A stretch of DNA of 64,000 nucleotides from a bacterium (GTDB taxonomy: Bacteria > UBA10199 > 2-02-FULL-44-16 > JAAZCA01), in assembly GCA_963674695.2 (NCBI GenBank), contig CAXXGI010000003.1, positions 1,013,064 through 1,077,063 of the forward strand, read 5' to 3'. Under the pieces are notes generated by a model. The model worked only from the letters and a program-made list of their open reading frames with translations, searched no databases and was not told the DNA's origin. Shown here piece after piece: positions 18,095-27,450 of this stretch. Each line of letters begins with the position of its first letter. Position 1 is the first letter of the stretch. The position numbers were made by a program, and so were the translations under genes.

Positions 18095-19135
18095 ATGGCG
18101 GCAAAAACCCTCAGCAAGGAACAGTTTCAGACATTCACCGACAACCTCATCGCGGCCGGCCGTGTGGTCGGCGTAAAGCGCAAAGAGAACAAATTTGCCT
18201 TCGGCGATCTGACCTCTGCCAGCGAATTGACGCTCGACTACGACGTCACGCTGCGCAGCCCGCGGGTCTTCTTCCAGCCCCCGACCGAGGAGCTCATCTC
18301 CTTTACGACGGGCGATACGACCACAGCTGCGGCCACGATCCCGGCGACCGAGCCCTTCGTCCTGCTGGGCGTCCACACCTACGACCTGATCGCGCTCAAT
18401 CAGATGGATCGCATCTGGAACGAGGACAACGCCGACCAGAACTATGAAGCCCGTCGCAAGGCCGCCACCGTCATCGCGCTTGAGCCGATCAAGGCCTCGA
18501 AGTGGTCCTTCTGGGCCTCGATGGGTGCCACCAAGGTGGAAAAGGGCTTCGACCTCCTACTCACCGATATTGGCGGAAAATACGTCATCGAGATCGGCAC
18601 CGAAGCGGGCAAGAAGCTCATCAGCGCGCACGCCGCAGATGCAAAAGAAGCCTCCGCCGACGACCTGGCCGCGCGCGACCGTGTGCGCAAGGAACTGCCC
18701 TCCTACTGCAAGGCCGACCGCAAGGTGAACGCCTCGGTGGAAGAGCTTCCCACGCTCATCAAGTCAAACTACGAAAACCCCATCTGGGAAAAGAACGCTG
18801 AAAAGTGCTACAGCTGCGGCGCCTGCAATCTGGTCTGCCCCACCTGCTATTGCTTCGACGTCCACGACGACATCGAACTCGACCTCAAACACGGCACACG
18901 CACCCGCACGTGGGACGGCTGCCTGCTCGAGGCGTTCGCGCACGTCGGCTCGGGTGAAAACTTCCGTGAACACCGCGGCGACCGTTTCCGTCACCGCATC
19001 TTCCGCAAAACGGTCTATATGCCGGAGAAGATCAATGAGCTCGCCTGCGTCGGCTGCGGGCGCTGCTCGGAAGTCTGTCTCCCCGACATCACCGATCCCG
19101 TGAAGATCATCAACACGATCAAGGAGGGCAACTGA
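18095..19135 (+). CDS. hyhB: Group 3b [NiFe]-hydrogenase (sulfhydrogenase) beta subunit, 4Fe-4S protein
   Basis: ATG 18095 after AAAGGAG (the ORF-track start at 17984 has no RBS). Two ferredoxin-type clusters: CYSCGACNLVCPTCYC and CVGCGRCSEVC. It resembles AsrA, and its operon position is before the gamma, delta and alpha subunits. Confidence 0.8.
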   Translation: MAAKTLSKEQFQTFTDNLIAAGRVVGVKRKENKFAFGDLTSASELTLDYDVTLRSPRVFFQPPTEELISFTTGDTTTAAATIPATEPFVLLGVHTYDLIALNQMDRIWNEDNADQNYEARRKAATVIALEPIKASKWSFWASMGATKVEKGFDLLLTDIGGKYVIEIGTEAGKKLISAHAADAKEASADDLAARDRVRKELPSYCKADRKVNASVEELPTLIKSNYENPIWEKNAEKCYSCGACNLVCPTCYCFDVHDDIELDLKHGTRTRTWDGCLLEAFAHVGSGENFREHRGDRFRHRIFRKTVYMPEKINELACVGCGRCSEVCLPDITDPVKIINTIKEGN

Positions 19136-19971
19136 TGGCCACCGCATCGAATGAACAGTCCCTGTACCTGCCGGAGCTTGCCACCGTCACCGATGTCAAG
19201 ACGATGACCGAGACCGAGAAGTACTTCAAGATCAAGCTCAACAACGGCAAGGCCCTCGGACACAAGCCGGGCCAGTTCGTCGAGGTCTCGATCTTCGGCA
19301 TCGGCGAGGCACCGATCTCCGTCTCCAGCTCCCCGACACAGACCGATGGCTTCGAACTGGTCGTGCGCAAGGTGGGCAACGTCACGGGCGCCATGCACAC
19401 GCTGGAAGACGGCGCCACCGTCGGCATCCGTGGCCCCTTTGGCACCGATTTTCCGTATGAAGGAACCAAGGGACGCGACATCATGGTCGTGGCCGGCGGC
19501 ATCGGCCTGGTTCCCGCGCGTTCCTTCATCAACTATGTGCTCGCCAACCGGAAGGACTATGGGCGTCTCATCATCCTCTTCGGCGCGCGCTCACCTTCCG
19601 AGCGGCTCTTCACCGATGAGCTGGCCGATTGGGCCAAGCGCGACGACGTGGAATTCTTAGAGACGGTCGACAAAGGCGATGACACCTGGAAGGGCAATGT
19701 CGGCGTCATCACGACCCTCATGCCGAAGGTCAAAATCGATCCCGCAAAGACCACCTGTGTGGTGGTGGGCCCTCCGATCATGTATCGCTTCGTCATCATG
19801 GAAGCGAAGAAGATGGACCTGGCCGACAAGGATATCGTCGTCTCCTTGGAGCGCCGGATGAAGTGCGGCGTCGGCAAATGCGGTCACTGCCAGATCAACG
19901 ATAAGTATTGCTGCCAGGATGGCCCGGTCTTCACCTACGAAGAGATCAAACCGATGCCGGAAGCGTTATAA
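19135..19971 (+). CDS. hyhG: Group 3b [NiFe]-hydrogenase gamma subunit (FAD/NAD(P)-binding, 2Fe-2S)
   Basis: The start overlaps the upstream stop (TGATG). It has a ferredoxin-reductase-like fold (GIGEAPIS, VAGGIGLVP) and a C-terminal CGVGKCGHCQ 2Fe-2S motif, as in PyrK/AsrB-like proteins. Confidence 0.85.
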   Translation: MATASNEQSLYLPELATVTDVKTMTETEKYFKIKLNNGKALGHKPGQFVEVSIFGIGEAPISVSSSPTQTDGFELVVRKVGNVTGAMHTLEDGATVGIRGPFGTDFPYEGTKGRDIMVVAGGIGLVPARSFINYVLANRKDYGRLIILFGARSPSERLFTDELADWAKRDDVEFLETVDKGDDTWKGNVGVITTLMPKVKIDPAKTTCVVVGPPIMYRFVIMEAKKMDLADKDIVVSLERRMKCGVGKCGHCQINDKYCCQDGPVFTYEEIKPMPEAL

Positions 19972-19973
19972 AT

Positions 19974-20009
19974 TCGTTCGATGGTTCGTCGGTTCGATTG
20001 TTCGATGGT
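19974..20009. repeat. (GTTCGATG)-type 8-nt word array inside the hydrogenase operon spacer
   Basis: The sequence is ttcgttcgatggttcgtcggttcgattgttcgatgg, directly after the hyhG stop. Confidence 0.85.
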
Positions 20010-20043
20010 ATAAACGGATAAACGAGTCCCAAGGAGAGCACTG

Positions 20044-20784
20044 ATGTCAAAACCAAGAATCGCATTTTTTGATTTCGCCAGCTGTGAGGGCTGCCAGCTG
20101 ACCGTCGTCAACCTCGAAGAGGCATTACTCGACGTCCTCCAGCATGTCGAAATCGTCAGCTTCCGCGAAGCGATGAAGGAACACTCCGACGACTACGACA
20201 TCGCCTTCATCGAAGGTTCCTGCACGCGCGCATCGGACGAGGAACGCCTCAAGAAGATCCGCGGCAACGCCAAGATCGTCGTCGCCATCGGCGCCTGTGC
20301 CACCATGGGCGGCATCAATGCGCTCAAGAATACGCGGCCGCTCGAAACGGTGCGCAAAGAGGTCTACGGCGACAAGTGGGAGCTCTTCGACACCTATCGC
20401 GCCCGCGGCGTCGACGAGGTGATCACGGTCGACTATAAGGTGAATGGCTGCCCGATGACCCAGAGCGAATTCGTGAAGGTCGTCAAAGCGCTCCTCACCG
20501 CGACCACGCCCGACATCCCCACCTATCCGATCTGCGTCGAGTGCAAGCAGAACGGCAACGTCTGCGTCTTTGAAAAGGGCGAGACCTGTGTCGGCCCGAT
20601 CACACGCGCCGGCTGTGGTGCCTGCTGCGTCAATGAGGGCGCGGTCTGCTGGGGCTGCCGCGGACTCATCGATGATCCGAACGTCGACGCCCACAAGGAA
20701 GTCATGGAAAAATACGGCCTGACGGTCGATGAGCTGAAGAACAAACTGAACCTCTACTTCACAAATGCAAACCTGACGAAATGA
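20044..20784 (+). CDS. hyhS: Group 3b [NiFe]-hydrogenase small (delta) subunit
   Basis: MSKPRIAFFDFASCEGCQL..., GACATMGGI and a C-terminal Cys-rich FeS region. There is no Tat signal, which is consistent with a cytoplasmic group 3 enzyme. Confidence 0.9.
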   Translation: MSKPRIAFFDFASCEGCQLTVVNLEEALLDVLQHVEIVSFREAMKEHSDDYDIAFIEGSCTRASDEERLKKIRGNAKIVVAIGACATMGGINALKNTRPLETVRKEVYGDKWELFDTYRARGVDEVITVDYKVNGCPMTQSEFVKVVKALLTATTPDIPTYPICVECKQNGNVCVFEKGETCVGPITRAGCGACCVNEGAVCWGCRGLIDDPNVDAHKEVMEKYGLTVDELKNKLNLYFTNANLTK

Positions 20785-20796
20785 CATCGCTTCTGA

Positions 20797-20842
20797 TGTC
20801 ATCCTGAGCGAAACACCGAAGGTGTTTCTGTCGAAGGATCTC
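20797..20842. repeat. Short palindromic element TGTCATCCTGAGCGAAACACCGAAGGTGTTTC..CGAAGGATC
   Basis: The hairpin is GAAACACC-GAA-GGTGTTTC, framed by the GTCATCCTGAGCGAA / CGAAGGATC motif. It lies between hyhS and hyhL. Confidence 0.6.
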
Positions 20843-20855
20843 CGAGGAGGATGGA

Positions 20856-22160
20856 ATGGCGAACGCAAATCTCAATATCGATCTCCACTACGTGACCCGC
20901 GTCGAGGGTCATGGCAACATCGTGGTCAATGCCAAGGATGGCAAGTTGGAAAAGGTGCAGTGGCAGGTCCCTGAGGCACCCCGCTACTTCGAAGCCATGG
21001 TCATCGGCCAGAAGTGGGATGTTCTCCACCACATCACGAGTCGCATCTGCGGCATCTGTTCCATCGGGCACACGCTGGCCTCCTTAAAAACGACCGAAGC
21101 GGCGATGGGGATCACGATCTCCGAGCAGTCACAGCTCTTGCGCAGGCTCGCGATCAACGCCGAGAACCTGCAGAGCCACACGCTGCATGTCGGCTATCTG
21201 GCCCTTCCCGATCTCGTGGGCGCCGGTTCCGTGATTCCGCTGGCCAGCTCCCATCCGGATGAGGTGGCGCTCGTCATCCGTCTGCATCGCTTGTCAAACG
21301 AGATGAGCGACATGATCTGCGGCCGCACCACGCATCCGCAGCGCCTCATCCCCGGCGGCTTCACCAAGGTCCCGACGGCCGAAGAGCTCAAGACCCTGCG
21401 CACGCGCCTGGACGATGGCTTCGCCGACGTGGATGCTTTCGGCAACCTGCTCGTGGCTCTCGCACCGAATTTCCCGAACTTCACGCGCGAGACCGAATAC
21501 ATCTCGATCACCGACAAGAACGAATACGCCTTCTACGACGGCGAACTCTGTTCGAGCCTGGGCGACACCGCGCCGATCACCGATTACCTGGCCTGGACCA
21601 ACGAGTTCATCGTGCCGCAATCGACGGCCAAGTATACGAAGCGCAAACGCGACTCGCTCATGGTGGGTGCGCTGGCCCGCTTCAACAACAACCACACGCA
21701 GCTCCTGCCGAAGGCAGCCGCCTGGGCGAAGAAATTGGGGCTCATCGCTCCCTGTTACAACCCCTATTACAACAACGTCGCCCAGTTCGTCGAGGTCGTG
21801 CACAACATCGAGGATTCGATCATCCAGATCGACAAGCTCCTCGCGGCCGGCATCAAGGACGAGAAGCCAGATGTAACGCCGAAGGCAGGACACGGCATCG
21901 GCACGGTGGAGGTCCCGCGCGGCATCCTGCACCACGACTACACCTATGATGACAAGGGTGTCTGCACGAAGGCCAACTGCATCATCCCGACCAACCAGAA
22001 CCACAACAACATCCAGAAGGACATGGAAGCGCTCGTCCCGACGATCCTGGACAAGCCGCAGGCCGAGGTGGAGCTGATCCTCGAGATGCTCGTTCGCGCC
22101 TACGACCCCTGCATCTCCTGCTCGACACATTATCTGAAGGTGAATTTTAAGAACTCGTGA
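20856..22160 (+). CDS. hyhL: Group 3b [NiFe]-hydrogenase large (alpha) subunit
   Basis: N-terminal Ni-binding motif RICGICSIGH and C-terminal DPCISCSTH, followed by a short extension (YLKVNFKNS) for endopeptidase cleavage. Length is 434 aa. Confidence 0.93.
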   Translation: MANANLNIDLHYVTRVEGHGNIVVNAKDGKLEKVQWQVPEAPRYFEAMVIGQKWDVLHHITSRICGICSIGHTLASLKTTEAAMGITISEQSQLLRRLAINAENLQSHTLHVGYLALPDLVGAGSVIPLASSHPDEVALVIRLHRLSNEMSDMICGRTTHPQRLIPGGFTKVPTAEELKTLRTRLDDGFADVDAFGNLLVALAPNFPNFTRETEYISITDKNEYAFYDGELCSSLGDTAPITDYLAWTNEFIVPQSTAKYTKRKRDSLMVGALARFNNNHTQLLPKAAAWAKKLGLIAPCYNPYYNNVAQFVEVVHNIEDSIIQIDKLLAAGIKDEKPDVTPKAGHGIGTVEVPRGILHHDYTYDDKGVCTKANCIIPTNQNHNNIQKDMEALVPTILDKPQAEVELILEMLVRAYDPCISCSTHYLKVNFKNS

Positions 22161-22195
22161 TTCGTGAGATAGTGAGATAGCTGAATCGCAAGATG
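22158..22195. repeat. (GTGAGATAG/CTGAAT)-type word array at the hyhL stop
   Basis: The sequence is gtgattcgtgagatagtgagatagctgaatcgcaagatgg. The same words occur at 35027-35144 and 46664-46730. Confidence 0.8.
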
Positions 22196-22220
22196 GCTTA
22201 ACGACAACAAACACGTCAAG

Positions 22221-22252
22221 ACGGCGGGGCTTTTGGCCCCGCCGTTTTTTTT
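22221..22252 (+). terminator. Rho-independent terminator
   Basis: ACGGCGGGGC-TTTTG-GCCCCGCCGT followed by T8. The sequence is identical to the terminator at 24114-24146. Confidence 0.85.
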
Positions 22253-22407
22253 ATGGGGCGCACCGTACGGGATTACATTTATTCCATAATACCACAGCGT
22301 TGGACGTGCTCATTTGTGAACGGTATTTACCCTTCCAGCGCACCTTCTCCCCCTTCCCCGACCGATAATGGAATGAGACAACACACCACAACCGCGAGGA
22401 GAGCATC

Positions 22408-24090
22408 ATGAAACACATCATTATAACACTCATCGGCATCCTCTTTCTTGCCAGCGCAACTCCGGGATTGGCCCAGGTAGCATCTTCAGCACAACTCCAG
22501 GCGCCACCCTTGAACGAGGCACGCATGGACATTCCGAGCCTGATCGACGGTGGCTTCTTCGTCAGCGCGATTCCGGTCGATATCTGCGTCGTTTCGGCGA
22601 CCACGAGCATCGTCACGCCGGCAGCGCCTAAAGCGGCCATCGCTTCACAGAGACCAACCCCGCAGCGTGCCTGTCTCCACCGCTATGCAGCGGGCATCCC
22701 ACTAGGACTCCTCTTCGATGACAACAAGAGCTTTGCTTTTGTCACACCCGCCTCGCTCGACATCGGCATCTGGGGAGCGCCTCAATCCGGACGAGAAAGC
22801 GATGCGACGACTGGCGGGAGCTACGGCGCTGATGGCGACCTCGAACGCCTGCCTGATATCATGATAACGGACGGCGTCAGCCTCAGCGCTGATGATCCTG
22901 CCGACACGACGGAACACGACGAGGAGATCGCGCTGACCATCGAAGCGATCGATCGGGACAACATTCTCGTCAACGGACAGTACTTCATCCGGACGGATGC
23001 CAACATCGATGTGAGCGATGTCGCCCGCAGCGAACTGTATGAGACGCTTCTGGGAAACGCCGATCCCTTCAACGCTGACCTGGGAGGAATCTTCGAAGCC
23101 CTCGTCTCCGAAAGTGATATCGGCATCGTCTTCAGCGAGATCGCCTTCCGTGCCTTCGACCTCGATCGCCTCCTGCTCGACCAGTTCTTCACGCGCTGGG
23201 CGATGCACGCTCGCGACTTTGGCGAATTCACTGCGGGCGATTTCGAGGGAATGTTCGGTTCCTGGCGCGGCAACGGCGGCTGGGGCATGTGGAACAGCTT
23301 CGACGACATCTTCGGCGCCGGCGGTGAAGGATTTGGGAACAGCGGCGCGGGCATGGACGGCATCGGCCGCACGCACGGCGGCTTCGGCGGCATGGGCGGA
23401 AATGGAAACGGCATGGGCTGGATGGACGACTTTGGCGCCGGCGGGAGCGCCTTCGGCCAGGGTGGCGGCTTTGCCGGCAATGCCGGCTGGATGGGCGGCG
23501 GGATGCAAAATGGCCTCGGCAACATGGGCAACTTCGGCGGCGCGAGCTGGTTCAATCGCGGCAACCCGAATGGGGGCAGACCTGCGGGATATGGGCAAGA
23601 CATGAATCGAGGAGACATGAAGGGCAAGGGCAAGGGCACGGATATCGATCTCTGCTATATTGATGAGAATGGAAAGTTTCACTCTAATAACGGCAATGTG
23701 AAAAGCGTTCAGCCAACCAAATGGGACAATAAAGGTTACATGCCGAAGCCAAAAACCAAAACAAACGCAGACGATATTCAACTGCATGAAGCTGAAGACA
23801 ACAACGATCTGCCTAAACGTGTTACCCCGTACAATCCGGCAGGCATAGGCGATAAAGTCGATGATAGCGGTCCCGGCCTCCCCTTCGCGCGAACGGATGC
23901 GACGCCCTACGAGGATGGCGGTGAAGAAGGCCCCGGCCATATCTTCACAACGGACGAGGCGACACCGTATGAGGATGGCGGAGAGGAAGGCCCCGGCCAC
24001 GTCTTCACAACGGACGAGGCGACACCGTATGAGGATGGTGGAGAGGAAGGCCCTGGCCACGTCTTCATCACCGATGAAACAGCAAACTGA
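22408..24090 (+). CDS. Secreted hypothetical protein with Gly/Met/Asn/Phe-rich low-complexity core and C-terminal 20-aa repeats
   Basis: GAGGAG RBS. The signal peptide is MKHIIITLIGILFLASATPGLAQ. About 140 aa have G/M/N/F-rich composition (GGFGGMGGNGNGMGWMDDFGAGG...). The C-terminus has 3x TDEATPYEDGGEEGPGHVFT. Confidence 0.75.
   Translation: MKHIIITLIGILFLASATPGLAQVASSAQLQAPPLNEARMDIPSLIDGGFFVSAIPVDICVVSATTSIVTPAAPKAAIASQRPTPQRACLHRYAAGIPLGLLFDDNKSFAFVTPASLDIGIWGAPQSGRESDATTGGSYGADGDLERLPDIMITDGVSLSADDPADTTEHDEEIALTIEAIDRDNILVNGQYFIRTDANIDVSDVARSELYETLLGNADPFNADLGGIFEALVSESDIGIVFSEIAFRAFDLDRLLLDQFFTRWAMHARDFGEFTAGDFEGMFGSWRGNGGWGMWNSFDDIFGAGGEGFGNSGAGMDGIGRTHGGFGGMGGNGNGMGWMDDFGAGGSAFGQGGGFAGNAGWMGGGMQNGLGNMGNFGGASWFNRGNPNGGRPAGYGQDMNRGDMKGKGKGTDIDLCYIDENGKFHSNNGNVKSVQPTKWDNKGYMPKPKTKTNADDIQLHEAEDNNDLPKRVTPYNPAGIGDKVDDSGPGLPFARTDATPYEDGGEEGPGHIFTTDEATPYEDGGEEGPGHVFTTDEATPYEDGGEEGPGHVFITDETAN
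23893..24069 (+). repeat. Three tandem 57-60-nt coding repeats
   Basis: The units are 23893-23949, 23950-24009 and 24010-24069. They are nearly identical at the DNA level, and units 2 and 3 differ only at a few third positions. Confidence 0.9.
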
Positions 24091-24113
24091 TCGCCGAGCA
24101 GAGAGACAAGAGG

Positions 24114-24146
24114 ACGGCGGGGCTTTTGGCCCCGCCGTTTTTTTTG
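24114..24146 (+). terminator. Rho-independent terminator (second copy)
   Basis: Same stem-loop and T-tract as 22221-22252. It may act bidirectionally, because argR converges on it. Confidence 0.85.
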
Positions 24147-24153
24147 CGTACTG

Positions 24154-24606
24154 TCATCCCTGGATCGCGGTCTCGATCGCGGCTTTCGCCTGTGCGATGG
24201 TACGAATGGATTTTGGTACGACGAAGATCGTGTCGTCGCCAGCGATCGTGCCGAGGAGATCGGGCAAACGCGCGTGATCGAGGAACTCGGCGACGAAGGA
24301 GGCGGATCCCGGGACGGTGTGGATGACGATCGTCGATTCGTTCGCCTCGATGGAGCGAACCAAGGTATCGAGCGCCCCCGAATAGCGTGTGAACCCCGCC
24401 TGCTGGGGGAGGCGATAAACCACGCCCCCCTCCTCCAATGATTTGACCGCCCCGAGTTTGCGCAGTGTGCGCGAAACGGTCGACTGATTGACGACGAACC
24501 CCTGCCCTCCCAGTGCCTCACAGAGATCCTCCTGCGTCCCCGAAAAGCCATCCTCGAGAAGGGCGCGGATCGCCCGCCCCAAATCGCTTCGTCTTGCCCG
24601 CTCCAT
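24154..24606 (-). CDS. argR: Arginine repressor
   Basis: Winged-helix N-terminus (RALLEDGFSGTQEDLCEALGGQGFVVNQSTVSRTLRKLG) and C-terminal oligomerisation/Arg-binding domain (GTIAGDDTIFVV). ATG 24606 after GGAGGTGG is preferred to the ATG at 24636. Confidence 0.9.
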   Translation of the reverse strand: MERARRSDLGRAIRALLEDGFSGTQEDLCEALGGQGFVVNQSTVSRTLRKLGAVKSLEEGGVVYRLPQQAGFTRYSGALDTLVRSIEANESTIVIHTVPGSASFVAEFLDHARLPDLLGTIAGDDTIFVVPKSIRTIAQAKAAIETAIQG

Positions 24607-24618
24607 GACCACCTCCGA

Positions 24619-24700
24619 TAATGCATATTTATGCATGAAATGAAATATTTAGCAACTTTTTATTGAATATACCGAATAGTTATGCAATTGATCGCATATA
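24619..24700. promoter_or_regulatory. Putative ARG-box operators in the divergent argR / argG control region
   Basis: There is an AT-rich palindrome AATGCATATTTATGCAT (24620-24636), plus TTGAATATACCGAATA and ATGCAATTGATCGCAT. TGCAT/TGAAT half-sites separated by AT-rich spacers resemble ARG boxes. Confidence 0.4.
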
Positions 24701-24732
24701 CAGTCATCGCAACGCATATCTGAAGGAGGCTT

Positions 24733-25941
24733 ATGATGGACAAGAAAACGATTCTACTCGCCTACTCCGGCGGCCTCGACACCTCGGCGATTATCCCCTG
24801 GTTGATCGACACCTACGACGCCGAGGTCATCGCCTATTGCTCCGACCTGGGCAACGCGCCGGACGGGGAGTGGCTTGCGAAACGCGCCAAGGAGTTGGGG
24901 GCGAAGGAATTCATCTTCGAAGATCTCAAGGAAGCGTTGACGAAGGACTACGTCTTCCCCGCGATTCGTGCCGGCGCGATCTATCAGGATGACTACCTGC
25001 TCGGCACCGCGCTCGGCCGGCCGCTGATCGCCGAACGCATCGCCGCCCTCGCCAAGGAATACCATGCCTTCGCCATCGCGCACGGCGCCACCGGCAAGGG
25101 CAACGACCAGATTCGCTTCGAGCGGGCCTGGGCCTACCTCGTTCCGGAGATCGAGATCATCGCGCCGTGGAAGATCTGGGACTTCACGGGACGCAGCGAC
25201 CTGGTCGCCTATCTCAATGCAAAGGGGTTCGACGCCTACGACAACGAGACGCGCTACAGCGAAGACGTCAACCTCCTGCACCGCTCCTGCGAAGGCGGCA
25301 TCCTCGAAGAACTCGAAAAACCGTTCGACGCCGATGAGGTCTATAAGTGGACGAAGCCGCAGGATGCCTGCACCAACGATGCGCTGACGATCAGCGTGCA
25401 ATTTATCGAGGGCATCCCCACAGCCATCGATGGCAAGGCCCTCTCCCCTGCCACGCTGCTGGCCGCTCTCAACGCAATCGGGGGCGAGCACGGCATCGGC
25501 GTCGCCGACCTCGTGGAGGAGCGCACCAATGGGATCAAGAGCCGCGGCATCTACGAGACGCCGGGCGGAACGATTCTGCACAAATGTGGCAAGGTCCTCA
25601 AACACCTCTGTTGGGATCGGCCGACGCTCAAGATCGCCTCTCAGATCAGCACCGAATATGCCGACCTCGTCTATGACGGGCTCTGGCACTCCGACGCGCG
25701 CAAAGCGATGGATGCCTTCTTTGGCGAGGCCGCAAAAGTCCTGACCGGAACCATCTCGCTCCAGCTCCAGAATGGGCACATCGTCATCACCGGACGTGAA
25801 TCCCCCTTTTCGCTTTACGGAAAGGAGCTGGTGAGTTTTGAAGAGGACGAACATGGGCTCAACAAGGCCGCGCATGGATTCTGCCGGACCTTGAGCTTCC
25901 GGCAGAGCCAGTGTGGGAAGAGAAACAGCACGATGACATGA
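24733..25941 (+). CDS. argG: Argininosuccinate synthase
   Basis: AYSGGLDTS ATP-PPase motif, the GATGKGNDQ.RFE block, and a length of 402 aa. Confidence 0.96.
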   Translation: MMDKKTILLAYSGGLDTSAIIPWLIDTYDAEVIAYCSDLGNAPDGEWLAKRAKELGAKEFIFEDLKEALTKDYVFPAIRAGAIYQDDYLLGTALGRPLIAERIAALAKEYHAFAIAHGATGKGNDQIRFERAWAYLVPEIEIIAPWKIWDFTGRSDLVAYLNAKGFDAYDNETRYSEDVNLLHRSCEGGILEELEKPFDADEVYKWTKPQDACTNDALTISVQFIEGIPTAIDGKALSPATLLAALNAIGGEHGIGVADLVEERTNGIKSRGIYETPGGTILHKCGKVLKHLCWDRPTLKIASQISTEYADLVYDGLWHSDARKAMDAFFGEAAKVLTGTISLQLQNGHIVITGRESPFSLYGKELVSFEEDEHGLNKAAHGFCRTLSFRQSQCGKRNSTMT

Positions 25942-25954
25942 TGGAGCAGACGCC

Positions 25955-27346
25955 ATGAATGTCTTGAAGACAACGATCAACAAGAACACCGAATCAGCAC
26001 TCTTTGCCTTCACGGGCGGAATCGAATGGGACCAGAGACTCGCCCCTTTTGAAATCGCCGTGCAGAAGGCATGGGTGACAGCACTCACAGAAGCGAACTA
26101 TCTGAGTCCTGAAGAATGCACGACGGCGCTCACGCTCTTAGATACGGCGCGCTGCACCATGGCAGATGGCACCTTCGATTGGCGCATCGAGGACGAGGAC
26201 ATCCACATGAACATCGAGCGCTTCCTCACCGCTGAGGGGGGTGAGATCGGCCGAAAGATTCATGCGGGGCGTTCGCGAAACGATCTGATCGCCACGACGC
26301 TGCGACTCTTCGTCCATACCACGACCGAGGGCATCTCGAATCAGGTGGCGAATCTGGCCACGGCGCTCTGCGACCTAGCGACCTCTACTGTCGAAATTAT
26401 CGTGCCGGGCACCACGCATCTACAGCACGGGCAACCGGTCTCCTTCGGCCATATCGCCGCCGCTCATGCACAGAACCTCTCCGGCGATCTGCGCAGACTT
26501 ACCCGTGCGAGCACGCAGTGCCGAGAGCAGATGCCGATGGGTTCGGCGGCCCTTTCCGGCACCCCGCTCGAAATCGACCTCGACGCCCTGGCGGAAAACC
26601 TCGGCTTTGAGACGCCCGCTCCAAACAGCTATGCGGCCGTCGGCGATCGGGATTTCATGATCGAAGCGATGGATGCCTTTGCCTCCGTCGCCGTGCACAT
26701 CGGACGGCTCTGCACGGATATCATCCACTGGTCCTCCACCGCCGTCGGACTCGTGCACCTTCCGCACGATTGGTCGACGGGCAGCTCGATCATGCCGAAC
26801 AAGCGCAACCCGGACATCGCGGAGCTGGCCCGGGCACGGTCCGCGCGAGTCATCTCGCTTGCGCATGAAGCACATGCGATCCTCGCATCGGTCCCCACCA
26901 GCTATGGCAGCGACCTGCATGAGCTAAAAAAAACATTCATGATGGCAAGCGATGAGATCGAGGCGATCCTGAGCGCCTGCACTCCCTTCGTCGCCGGGCT
27001 CACCGTCGATGTCGTGCGGGCCAACGAACTGCTCGAGCGCGGACACATCCTCGCCACCGAGATCGCCGATGCACTGACCGCGCAGGGAACCTCCTTCCGC
27101 GAAGCCTATCGCATAACGGCCGCCCTCGTCGCGATGGCCGACGCACAGGGCGTGCAGGTGCATGCGCTCACGCCGGAGGCATTTCGCTCCCTGCTGCCGG
27201 AACACGATCTCGCCTTTCTCGATGATCTCTCCTTCGCGTCGGCGATCGCCAAACGCCATCAGCCCGGCGGCACCGCCATCGTCCAGGTTCAGACCCAGAT
27301 CGCTGGTCTGCGAAAGGCGATCCAGACCGCCCGCCTCCGACCGTGA
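25955..27346 (+). CDS. argH: Argininosuccinate lyase
   Basis: Fumarate-lyase superfamily signature GSSIMPNKRNPD; HAGRSRNDL; 463 aa; follows argG. Confidence 0.95.
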   Translation: MNVLKTTINKNTESALFAFTGGIEWDQRLAPFEIAVQKAWVTALTEANYLSPEECTTALTLLDTARCTMADGTFDWRIEDEDIHMNIERFLTAEGGEIGRKIHAGRSRNDLIATTLRLFVHTTTEGISNQVANLATALCDLATSTVEIIVPGTTHLQHGQPVSFGHIAAAHAQNLSGDLRRLTRASTQCREQMPMGSAALSGTPLEIDLDALAENLGFETPAPNSYAAVGDRDFMIEAMDAFASVAVHIGRLCTDIIHWSSTAVGLVHLPHDWSTGSSIMPNKRNPDIAELARARSARVISLAHEAHAILASVPTSYGSDLHELKKTFMMASDEIEAILSACTPFVAGLTVDVVRANELLERGHILATEIADALTAQGTSFREAYRITAALVAMADAQGVQVHALTPEAFRSLLPEHDLAFLDDLSFASAIAKRHQPGGTAIVQVQTQIAGLRKAIQTARLRP

Positions 27347-27450
27347 CGCCCTTTGGCGACCACCGTCATGCCGATCGCCCCATCCTTGCAACCGAGAGGC
27401 GCGAGCGGTATCCTCCGATCGTTCGAACAGGATAAGGAATTGATACCACC

